A stretch of DNA of 64,000 nucleotides from an uncultured delta proteobacterium. Its GTDB lineage: Bacteria; Desulfobacterota; Desulfomonilia; UBA1062. The stretch covers positions 224,001 to 288,000 of the forward strand of contig CAVVYZ010000017.1 of assembly GCA_963752595.1 (NCBI GenBank), read 5' to 3'. Made by a program: the position numbers and the translations under genes. The notes beneath the pieces were generated by a model that saw only the letters and a list, made by a program, of their open reading frames with translations, had not been told where the DNA came from and did no database searches. Shown here piece after piece: positions 56,217 to 64,000 of this stretch. The stretch's first letter is position 1. Each line of letters opens with the position of its first letter.

Positions 56217-56236
56217 CTTATCAGAAAGGAGTTCCA

Positions 56237-56734
56237 ATGAAGAAAACAAGCCTATTTGCTGCTCTCTATATGATCGGACTGCTTTTGTTACCGCAGGCAG
56301 GATCAGCCAAAATGGTGGCTCTGTCAGACAACACCTTGAGCGAAGTCGTCGGTCAGGCGGGGATTGCGAATGATGCAATCCACGCGGCATTCGACTCGCA
56401 TTTTGACAATGTATCGACGATGAACGGGATTTTGAATCTGAGCGATGTAACGATCAGGGGTTCTGTAGACATTAGGGATGTAAACGCGATGAATATAACC
56501 ATGGTCAATCAATTGACGAATCCCGGTCTTTCGAGTCTTCCCTGTTTCGGGATGATGGGACTTGGGTCAATGGGCCTCGGAACCCACGTTATCGATATGG
56601 CCACCAACATCGACCAGTTTTCTATCGGCGCCATCCGCATAGGGAGAGATACGACTAGTCCCAGCCTCGGCAGTATCGACATATTGGATATGCACGTAGA
56701 TATCAAAGGGACAGTATCAATTACGGCGCGCTAG
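56237..56734 (+). CDS. Secreted beta-rich protein, DUF6160/FilA-like (165 aa)
   Basis: RBS AAAGGAG; signal peptide ending AGSA; mature N-terminus MVALSDNTLSEVVGQAGI; C-terminal SLGSIDI motif. Confidence 0.7.
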   Translation: MKKTSLFAALYMIGLLLLPQAGSAKMVALSDNTLSEVVGQAGIANDAIHAAFDSHFDNVSTMNGILNLSDVTIRGSVDIRDVNAMNITMVNQLTNPGLSSLPCFGMMGLGSMGLGTHVIDMATNIDQFSIGAIRIGRDTTSPSLGSIDILDMHVDIKGTVSITAR

Positions 56735-56754
56735 AAGCTTCGTGTTGCTCTTTT

Positions 56755-56810
56755 ACCTGCCTCTTTTGAATTACGGATGAGCGGCAGCCTTCCAAAGAGA
56801 GGCAGGTTCT
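56755..56810. terminator. Long hairpin / probable bidirectional terminator
   Basis: ACCTGCCTCT...AGAGGCAGGT inverted repeat between convergent genes. Confidence 0.55.
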
Positions 56811-56817
56811 TTATGAG

Positions 56818-57618
56818 TTATTGGCGGATAAGGCGGTATTTCCTGATATCACAGGGATCGACCTCGTACGAGCACCGTACGGGATTGATGTCGATCCCTC
56901 CCCGCCTCGTGTAGAAGCATCCGACCAGCAGCTCTTCCGGTGTGCCCCGGGAGAGAAAGTCCAGAAATATCTTTTCGCAGCACTCCTCTGCGAATCCCTC
57001 ATGATCCCGGTATGAGCAGAGGTATTTGAGGAGTGCCGGATGATCGACCTTCCTCCCTCGATACTCGATGAAAACACTGGCCCAGTCAGGCTGGCGGGTG
57101 ATGGGGCAGTAAGATTTAAACAGATGGGAGGAAAGGATCTCGTGTCCTGTTTCTTCTTGTACGGCAAGGAGATTTGGGTCGACTCCATGGGAGCGGATAT
57201 CGACGTCGAGATCATCTATGCAAACCCCCGGGAAGGTGTTTTCCCAGGGAATATTCTCGCCCCCTCCAGCCTTACGGATGGAAACGTCTATCCAGGGTGT
57301 AGATAGGATTTTCTCGAGATCCCGATCGATTACGGATCCGATCTCCTCCGTGGTAGAGAAAGACGTGTTTGAAAGGCTTCCCAGGTAGAGTTTCAGTGAT
57401 TTCGATTCAACGATATTCATGCTCCGGACTGGATAGACGATCTCTATGATCCCAACCTCGGGCTTGCCTCTGTGATTGAGCCAGGAGAGCTCATAGCACC
57501 TCCAGAGATCGAACCCGTGGAGAACCTCCTTACTTCGAATCCTGGGGATGGCATAGAGAATTGAAGGATCATATGAACGGGGAGCGGCAACTTTTTTACC
57601 CAGGAGGATATCATTCAT
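56818..57618 (-). CDS. queF: NADPH-dependent preQ0 reductase, bimodular (type II)
   Basis: YELSWLN..GKP, ESKSLKLYL, CPITRQPDW, YTRRGGIDINP, RLIRQ. Confidence 0.92.
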   Translation of the reverse strand: MNDILLGKKVAAPRSYDPSILYAIPRIRSKEVLHGFDLWRCYELSWLNHRGKPEVGIIEIVYPVRSMNIVESKSLKLYLGSLSNTSFSTTEEIGSVIDRDLEKILSTPWIDVSIRKAGGGENIPWENTFPGVCIDDLDVDIRSHGVDPNLLAVQEETGHEILSSHLFKSYCPITRQPDWASVFIEYRGRKVDHPALLKYLCSYRDHEGFAEECCEKIFLDFLSRGTPEELLVGCFYTRRGGIDINPVRCSYEVDPCDIRKYRLIRQ

Positions 57619-58274
57619 TTTTCATACTCCGTGGGATCGAGGTCCTGCTCAAAGCCGAGAGCCACCTTTCTTTCGAGACAGGTGGCACATTTTCCGCAGT
57701 GAAGTTCCTGTCCCTTGTAACAGGAGAAGGTCATTCGAAAATCGAAATCCAGGCTTCTGCCAAGCTCGGCTATGCGTTTTTTATCATAGGATGCAAACGG
57801 GGCGAGGATAGACACCCCGGTGAACGTTCCTTCCTGTGCAGCCTTTGACATGGCCTCGGTAAAACCAGGTCTGCAGTCCGGATAAATGGGGTGGTCCCCG
57901 CTGTGGGAGGCGATGAGCACGATGGATATCTCAAGGTTCTCGGCGTATCCTGCCGCGATGGAGAGCATGATCCCGTTTCGGAAGGGTACAACGGTGGATG
58001 AGATATTGTCTTCTGCATACGGACCTTCGGGGATCTCTTCCCCTGATGCAAGGAGTGATGACGAGAAGAGCTCGTTGATGAAGGGAAGTTCTATCTTCTT
58101 CAACTCTGCACCGTAGTAACGGGCAAGCTCCTCTGTCTTTCTGTATTCCCTGGCAGCGTGCTTTGACCCGTAATTGAAATAGAGGCCGTGGATCCGCTCA
58201 TACCTGTCCCTTGACCATGCGAGCAGAACACCTGAATCCATGCCTCCTGAGAGAAGGATTACTGCATCGCCCAT
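57615..58274 (-). CDS. queC: 7-cyano-7-deazaguanine synthase
   Basis: LSGGMDS, VPFRN, YPDCRP, SCY...HCGKCATC.ER. Confidence 0.95.
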   Translation of the reverse strand: MGDAVILLSGGMDSGVLLAWSRDRYERIHGLYFNYGSKHAAREYRKTEELARYYGAELKKIELPFINELFSSSLLASGEEIPEGPYAEDNISSTVVPFRNGIMLSIAAGYAENLEISIVLIASHSGDHPIYPDCRPGFTEAMSKAAQEGTFTGVSILAPFASYDKKRIAELGRSLDFDFRMTFSCYKGQELHCGKCATCLERKVALGFEQDLDPTEYEK

Positions 58275-58948
58275 CAGACTCCCCTCCTTGCATCAAAGGC
58301 CAGGACATGGAGCCGCGGCGACATCCGGTACCCTTTCCGGAGGCAGTAACCGAACACCGCCTCCATATTCCTGAGCTGGTCTTCCCTGGTTGCACCCAGC
58401 GGCATGACGAATACCTTTTCTCTGTCGATCCGGTTTGTCTCGATGAATCCTTCGATTGCCTCCTGCCAGCCCGAGTCTCCGGCCAGGAATTTATAATAGT
58501 CGGCGCTGCTGAGATTATCCGGGTCAAAATGCCAGATCCCATCTAGGTACTTCGGGCTGCAGACGATGACTGCATCCTTGACGGAAGGAATCTTCACCTT
58601 GCCGCTCGTTTCATACTGCAACGCAAAGCCCTGCTGCAACAGTCCGGCATGGAGGTCTGAGAGACCGCTTTCCCACTGAAGAAAAGGCTCGCCTCCGGTT
58701 ATGACTGCACGGAGGCAAGGGTAGGGCTGTAAGGTGAGGAGGATATCATCAATACCCATTTCGCCGGCCTGGGTCAGTGCATACCTGGTATCGCACCAGG
58801 GACAATACGGCTCGATGCATCCCGATAAACGGATGAATACTGCAGGGAGGCCTATCCATGGCCCTTCTCCCTGGAGGGAAGAGAAAATTTCCGAGACCTG
58901 CAGGGAAGTTTTTCTGGCATTTCCTATAGTGTTCTTCACAGGTTCCAT
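58274..58948 (-). CDS. queE: 7-carboxy-7-deazaguanine synthase (radical SAM)
   Basis: EIFSSLQGEG, FIRLSGC....CPWCDT, ITGGEP, ETSG, CSPK, SPRLH; RBS-supported ATG at 58948 (alternative 59017). Confidence 0.9.
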   Translation of the reverse strand: MEPVKNTIGNARKTSLQVSEIFSSLQGEGPWIGLPAVFIRLSGCIEPYCPWCDTRYALTQAGEMGIDDILLTLQPYPCLRAVITGGEPFLQWESGLSDLHAGLLQQGFALQYETSGKVKIPSVKDAVIVCSPKYLDGIWHFDPDNLSSADYYKFLAGDSGWQEAIEGFIETNRIDREKVFVMPLGATREDQLRNMEAVFGYCLRKGYRMSPRLHVLAFDARRGV

Positions 58949-59146
58949 CTGTCCTTTCCAAGACATATGAGGGATAATTTTTATCGCGGGATACCTCTCG
59001 TCCGCTTTTTTGCTCATTATACTCTATAAGAGAAATCGTCAAGGGTAAGTGAAGTTTCGCATTCTGTGGCAGATAAGGCCTTTGCTTTATCAAAGATTTC
59101 TGTTAAGAGTTTATCGTAATAATACTATCATACATAGGGAGATGGT

Positions 59147-59827
59147 ATGAAGATAATCGAACAAGCGATTCGGCGCGGAGAAAAGACATTAAGCGAATAT
59201 GATTCCAAGAAAGTTCTGGAGGCATACTCCATCCCGGTCACCAAGGAGTTCATTGCCAAGAATATCACAGAGGCAAAGAAATATGCCCAGGAAATAGGGT
59301 ATCCTGTTGTGCTCAAAGGTCACTCCAGCACATTGACACATAAAACAGAGCTCAACATGATCGAGCTCAACCTCAAGGATGAGAAGGCCGTGGAAGAGGC
59401 GTATAAGGGCCTCGAGGAGAGGGGAAAGGGTCAGCTGGAAGGCGTCCTCGTACAGCAGATGATCAAGGGAGAGCGCGAGTTCGTGGCGGGCCTGATTCGC
59501 GATCCCCAGTTCGGCCCATGCGTCATGTTCGGCCTCGGCGGCATCTTTACCGAGGTTCTCAAGGACGTCACGTTCAGAGTCGCGCCTTTGGAGAAGAGGG
59601 ATGCCCTGGAGATGATGAACGAGATCAAGGCGAAAAAGCTCCTGGACAATTTCAGGGGCAAGCCTGCGGTGAACCGGGACATCCTGGCCAACGCGCTCAT
59701 CAACCTGGGAAGGATCGGTCTGGAGATACCCGAGATTGCCGAGATCGACATCAACCCGATGATTATTTTCAATGATACTCCCGTTGCGGTTGACGCACTC
59801 GTAGTGCTGAAGGACCAGAAGAAATAA
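59147..59827 (+). CDS. ADP-forming acyl/acetate-CoA ligase beta subunit (ATP-grasp)
   Basis: LSEYDSK..L..Y.IP, IGYPVVLK, HKTE, DPQFGP.VMFGLGGIF.E, EIDINP. Confidence 0.88.
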   Translation: MKIIEQAIRRGEKTLSEYDSKKVLEAYSIPVTKEFIAKNITEAKKYAQEIGYPVVLKGHSSTLTHKTELNMIELNLKDEKAVEEAYKGLEERGKGQLEGVLVQQMIKGEREFVAGLIRDPQFGPCVMFGLGGIFTEVLKDVTFRVAPLEKRDALEMMNEIKAKKLLDNFRGKPAVNRDILANALINLGRIGLEIPEIAEIDINPMIIFNDTPVAVDALVVLKDQKK

Positions 59828-59835
59828 CAAGCTCC

Positions 59836-60789
59836 ATGCACCACCTGCCGAAAGACGCGCTCATCATGGCGCCCATGGTCGATTTGAGCCATGTGGCGTA
59901 CCGGCAGCTCATTCGTTCGATCGGCGGGTGCGATCTCTTCTATTCCGAGATGCTCAACTCCCGGATCGTGCCCGCTGAAAGCCCGGAAACCTCCATCTAC
60001 CTGAAGTGGGCGGTCAAAGACGACCTCATCTTGCAGATCCTCGGGAACGAACCGGAAAAAATGGAGGAGGCGGCCTCCAAGCTCGACGGCTACGATCCAT
60101 GGGGCATCGACATCAATATGGGGTGCTGGCTGAACAAGGTTACGGTCCACGGCTGGGGGGCTGCACTCATGAAGGATATGGAGGCTGCCCGCACAGTCCT
60201 GGCTGCTGTCCGCAGGGCAGTGAAAAGCAGGCCCGTATCCGTGAAGATGCGGATCGGATATACCCCTGACAAAGGATATCTGCTGGACTTTGCCTCCATG
60301 ATCCAGGAGGGCGGAGCCGATTTTATCGTGCTCCACGCCCGGACCGTGCCTGAAGGGATGAACCGAAAGGCGAGATGGGACTATATCGGAGCAGTCAAGG
60401 ATCACCTCTCGATACCGGTGGTGGGAAATGGTGATATCAGGACACCCCGGGATGCCGTCTCCATGGTGCGGCAGACTGGATGCGACGGGGTAATGATCGG
60501 CAGGCAGGCAGTGATACGGCCCTGGATCTTCCGGGATGTTAAGGCCCTTGCAGCAGGTGGTCCCATCGAGGATCCGCCCGATCTCAAAAATGTCATGCTC
60601 AAGCTCCTCGATCTCCTCATGGAGTATTTCCCTCCCGACGTAGCCCTGAAGAGATTCAAGACAGCCGTATTCTGGCTGGGCGAGAATCTCACGTTCGGTC
60701 ACTATCTCAGCAAGCAAGTAGGAAGAGCCCGCGATACGGTACAAGCCCGTGAGGTCATAACAGCCTGTTTTGAAAAAGGTATCTCTTGA
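59836..60789 (+). CDS. tRNA-dihydrouridine synthase family protein
   Basis: MAPM, IDINMGC, GAALM, VKMRIG, LHART, GNGDI, DGVMIGR. Confidence 0.9.
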   Translation: MHHLPKDALIMAPMVDLSHVAYRQLIRSIGGCDLFYSEMLNSRIVPAESPETSIYLKWAVKDDLILQILGNEPEKMEEAASKLDGYDPWGIDINMGCWLNKVTVHGWGAALMKDMEAARTVLAAVRRAVKSRPVSVKMRIGYTPDKGYLLDFASMIQEGGADFIVLHARTVPEGMNRKARWDYIGAVKDHLSIPVVGNGDIRTPRDAVSMVRQTGCDGVMIGRQAVIRPWIFRDVKALAAGGPIEDPPDLKNVMLKLLDLLMEYFPPDVALKRFKTAVFWLGENLTFGHYLSKQVGRARDTVQAREVITACFEKGIS

Positions 60790-60889
60790 ATCGCCTTGCG
60801 CTTTTCCTTGTGAGCCGGTATTATATCGTTAGATTGGATTATTTTCATCACATGAGCAAATTCAGTACATTCACGGCAAGGAGAGGGAA

Positions 60890-62098
60890 ATGAAACAGAT
60901 AGAGCTTATGAAAGAACTCCATGAAGTTTCGGATAAGAAAATCATTATGCTTGTTCTTGACGGCCTCGGCGGGATTCAGAACGCAACTGGCCTCACCGAG
61001 CTCGAGGCTGCCCGTACGCCGAATATGGACAGCTTAAGCAGGGAGTCGATCCTTGGTCTTTCAACACCTATCGCTCCTGGAATAACTCCGGGAAGCGGCC
61101 CGGGCCACCTGGGTCTTTTCGGATACGACCCACTGGAATACCAGATCGGCAGAGGTGTGCTCGAAGCACTGGGAATCGGACTCTCTCTCAAACCCACGTG
61201 CCTTGCCGCCAGGGGAAATTTCTGCTCGATAGACCCTGCAACCGGAGTCATTACCGACCGAAGGGCAGGCAGAATACCTACGGAAAAATGTGCGGAGCTG
61301 GTTGAAAAGCTCTCTGTCATCAAGTTAGAGGGAGTGAATATCACGATCCGACCTGTGAAAGATTACCGGTTTGCCCTTATTCTCGATGCCGAAGGGCTCG
61401 CAGACGGCCTTACCGAGACAGACCCCCAGAGGGTCGGAGCAAAGCCGTTAAAGGTCGAGCCCTTGAGGCCCGAGGCGAAAAAGAGCGCAGACCTTTTCAA
61501 TCAATGGATCGACAAGGCCTTCGAGATCCTCAAATCCGAGCATCCGGCTAACGGTTGCACCCTGCGGGGTATTGCAAAAGACCCCGGCCTGCCCACCTAT
61601 GCCGAGATATACGGGCTCAAATCCTGTGCCATAGCCACGTATCCCATGTATAAGGGCCTTGCCAGGCTCGTCGGCATGGACGTGCTCGATGCGGGAGATA
61701 CCATAGCTTCGGAAATTCATACCCTGAAAAAGAGCTGGGGCACGTATGATTTCTTCTTCTTCCATGTGAAGAAGACCGACTCTGCAGGCGAGGATGGAAA
61801 CTTCGATGCCAAGGTAAAGGTCATCGAAGAAACCGATGCAACCATTCCGGATATCATGGCGCTGAACCCCGACGTCCTCATCATCACCGGTGATCACTCC
61901 ACGCCTTCGGCCATGAAATCCCATTCCTGGCACGAATTGCCGGTCCTTTTGTATGCGAAGAAGAACCTCCGCAGGGATACGGTCACAACCTTCGGCGAAA
62001 CTGCATGCATACAGGGAGGCCTCGGGCATATCAGGCATGTGGACCTCATGCCCCTGGCCATGGCCCATGCAAACAAGCTCACCAAGTACGGGGCTTAA
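60890..62098 (+). CDS. apgM: 2,3-BPG-independent phosphoglycerate mutase, archaeal-type
   Basis: LDGLG, TPNMD, PGSGPGHL.LFGYDP, DRRAGRI, TGDHSTP, HSWH. Confidence 0.88.
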   Translation: MKQIELMKELHEVSDKKIIMLVLDGLGGIQNATGLTELEAARTPNMDSLSRESILGLSTPIAPGITPGSGPGHLGLFGYDPLEYQIGRGVLEALGIGLSLKPTCLAARGNFCSIDPATGVITDRRAGRIPTEKCAELVEKLSVIKLEGVNITIRPVKDYRFALILDAEGLADGLTETDPQRVGAKPLKVEPLRPEAKKSADLFNQWIDKAFEILKSEHPANGCTLRGIAKDPGLPTYAEIYGLKSCAIATYPMYKGLARLVGMDVLDAGDTIASEIHTLKKSWGTYDFFFFHVKKTDSAGEDGNFDAKVKVIEETDATIPDIMALNPDVLIITGDHSTPSAMKSHSWHELPVLLYAKKNLRRDTVTTFGETACIQGGLGHIRHVDLMPLAMAHANKLTKYGA

Positions 62099-62133
62099 CA
62101 GGCGGAGTCAAGCGCGAAGAGAGGTGGAAGGCA

Positions 62134-63231
62134 TTGAGCTCGAAGAAAGTAGTTGTAATCCTTTTCGGAGGAGTATCCACAGAGCACGACGTGTCGGTGG
62201 TATCTGCCCGTTCGGTGGCCCGTTCCCTTGACCGGGAACGGTTCGACCCTGTTTTCGTTGCCATCGACAAGCAAGGTTCCTGGTATCTGGGAGAAGGTGC
62301 CTTTGATTTTCTGGAGACAGGGAATAACCATGATGTCGGCCGGGTATTACTCTCGACCGACCCCCAGCGTCCGGGCTTTCTCTCTCTGGAGAGCGGTAAA
62401 ATGATCGAAGTCGATGCGGTCTTCCCGGTTCTTCACGGGCCGAGGGGAGAGGACGGTACCATGCAGGGCCTGCTGGAAATCTCCGGCCTTCCTTATGTGG
62501 GATGCGATACCATGTCTTCCGCTATTGCCATGGACAAGGATATGACCAAGCGGGTGCTTGCCCAGCGCGGCCTCCCCGTAGTGAAGGGTGTATGCGTGAA
62601 TAAGTGGATGTGGGAGACGGACAGGGAGGAGGTGCTGGACGAGATCGCCGAGACCTTGCAGTTCCCCCTCTTCATAAAGCCGGCTACCATGGGGTCGAGC
62701 ATCGGGATCACCAAGGCACAGACGGTCGAAGAGATGATCAAGGGTGTCGATTCTGCGTTCGATTTTTCCATCAAAGTCGTCATCGAGATGTCGATCGAGA
62801 AACCCAGGGAAATAGAGGTCGCTGTGCTCGGGAACAACGAACCCAGGGCTTCCATCCCCGGCGAGATCATCCCGTGCAACGAGTATTATGATTTCAACGC
62901 CAAGTACAGGGACAGCTCAGAGCTCATCATCCCGGCGAGCTTGAACAAATCCCTGGTCGACGATATTCAGTTCAGCGCGGTCGAGGCCTTTGTCGCCATA
63001 GGCGGAGCCGGCATGGCCAGGGTTGATTTTCTGGTGTCCGGTGACGGCTACTTCGTGAATGAGATCAATACGATACCCGGCTTCACGAGTGTCTCGATGT
63101 ATCCGAAACTCTGGGAGGCGAGCGGCATCCCGTATCCCGCGCTCATCACCAACCTCCTCGAGTTGGCATTTAAGCGCCATGGAGAGCAGAACGCCCTGAC
63201 GAAGACCGTCAAGCTGGAGATGGGGGTCTGA
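62134..63231 (+). CDS. ddl: D-alanine--D-alanine ligase
   Basis: FGG.S.EHDVS, LHGPRGEDG, MDK, GSSIG, YDFNAKY, NEINTIPGFT..SMYP. Confidence 0.95.
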   Translation: MSSKKVVVILFGGVSTEHDVSVVSARSVARSLDRERFDPVFVAIDKQGSWYLGEGAFDFLETGNNHDVGRVLLSTDPQRPGFLSLESGKMIEVDAVFPVLHGPRGEDGTMQGLLEISGLPYVGCDTMSSAIAMDKDMTKRVLAQRGLPVVKGVCVNKWMWETDREEVLDEIAETLQFPLFIKPATMGSSIGITKAQTVEEMIKGVDSAFDFSIKVVIEMSIEKPREIEVAVLGNNEPRASIPGEIIPCNEYYDFNAKYRDSSELIIPASLNKSLVDDIQFSAVEAFVAIGGAGMARVDFLVSGDGYFVNEINTIPGFTSVSMYPKLWEASGIPYPALITNLLELAFKRHGEQNALTKTVKLEMGV

Positions 63232-63342
63232 ACAAGATCTTATCTTTGCCCCATGGATCCCTCTCTTTGAATGAGCGCTCCCGCACGAGACGGACCGCTA
63301 CGGGCAGAGATCACGGGTGTGAAGGTTCCCTGATAAGGGCCG

Positions 63343-63690
63343 CTATATTTCGTTTGGTACCGTCCCATCCGGATGGGAATCGGAGGGTATGACTCCGGAC
63401 GGGCTTCCGTTTCCTTCTCCTACCGCGCTAGGTGCCCGGCCCTCATCCGCTGGAGTAGACAGGGCAAGGGCGAATCCCAGGACAAAACCAATGGCCCCGC
63501 CTACGAGGATCGGTGTGGCTGTCGAGCTGGTCGAGAATGCTGCGACAGCGGCGCCTGCGATCATTCCGATGCTTGCACCGAGAAGAGGCGTCGTAATCAA
63601 ACTGCCTGCTTTTGAATAGCCTGCATATGATGAGCAGGGAAGGCCGATCAGGGAAATGCAGATACACAGTGATATGATGATCCTTTTCAT
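63343..63690 (-). CDS. Hypothetical exported/membrane protein with glycine-zipper helices
   Basis: RBS GGAGGT, signal peptide, GASIGMIAGAA and GGAIGFVLG GxxxG repeats. Confidence 0.6.
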   Translation of the reverse strand: MKRIIISLCICISLIGLPCSSYAGYSKAGSLITTPLLGASIGMIAGAAVAAFSTSSTATPILVGGAIGFVLGFALALSTPADEGRAPSAVGEGNGSPSGVIPSDSHPDGTVPNEI

Positions 63691-63838
63691 CTCTCTTACC
63701 TCCGGGCCTGAATACGAACAGGCAGAACTCGTAATAGTCAAGTCATCAGTAAAGATGGAAAACAAAGGATGCTCTATATAGGGTTATAGAAAATATACCG
63801 GTGAAGTCAAATTTCCAGGCACGGCGGAATAACCTTAA

Positions 63839-63871
63839 AGTGGGTGATGCAAAGGGAACGGATCACCCACT
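63839..63871 (-). terminator. Hairpin downstream of the window-edge gene
   Basis: AGTGGGTGAT...ATCACCCACT 10-bp inverted repeat. Confidence 0.4.
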
Positions 63872-63911
63872 GCGATAAGGTTTTCTTCCTTGAAAGAGGA
63901 TCAAGGGCTTT

Positions 63912-64000
63912 TTATTTAAGCGGGACATTGACCAGCAGGCCGTAAACACGCTCCCGTTTGCCGTCGTTCGGTTCGGTGTAACTGTACAGCATGGGCCTGA
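63912..64000 (-). CDS. 3' end of an unidentified CDS entering from beyond the window
   Basis: Open frame RPMLYSYTEPNDGKRERVYGLLVNVPLK* followed by T-rich sequence and a hairpin. Confidence 0.4.
   Translation of the reverse strand, partial: RPMLYSYTEPNDGKRERVYGLLVNVPLK

Noticed and set aside
56060-56236. N-terminal extension of ORF 56060..56734 and antisense ORFs 55772..56161 and 56139..56390
   Set aside because: They overlap the riboswitches; the RBS and signal peptide support the ATG at 56237.
56818-58948. que genes as a 7-deazaguanine DNA-modification (dpd) island
   Set aside because: No dpdA/tgt paralogue or other dpd genes nearby, and QueF directs preQ0 toward tRNA queuosine.
58949-59146. 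preQ1 riboswitch upstream of queE
   Set aside because: No preQ1-like stem-loop with an A-rich tail recognisable; only promoter-like sequence.

Overview
A 64 kb bacterial chromosomal window, most likely from a deltaproteobacterium (Desulfobacterota/Desulfomonilia-like; inferred from gene content, Geobacter-type GEMM-I riboswitches and sigma-54 promoters). Most of it is housekeeping: purine and pyrimidine synthesis (purE/D/H/C/B, pyrE), the SAM cycle (metK, ahcY), RNA/protein modification (tsaC, tsaD, rsmA, rimO, queE/C/F, dus, dtd, AmmeMemoRadiSam S and A), xerC-hslVU, trxAB, lipid catabolism genes, metG, glgC, apgM and ddl. There is one IS5-family element. Three blocks (about 2.9-15.7, 20.8-23.7 and 35.7-40.5 kb) carry many indels that split conserved genes; these look like assembly errors rather than pseudogenes. 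The most notable locus is 52.2-56.8 kb: a comM 3' remnant, a 1.07 kaa zinc-ribbon/class III cyclase/STAND ATPase/TPR protein, three back-to-back c-di-GMP-I (GEMM-I) aptamers with no intervening terminators, and a small secreted DUF6160/FilA-like protein. Also of note: a complete sigma-54 promoter (enhancer repeats, IHF site, -24/-12) ahead of a subtilase whose C-terminal sorting signal is hidden by a frameshift, and a QueE with an atypical CX4CX2C motif. All family assignments come from motif recognition by eye; no database searches were run.
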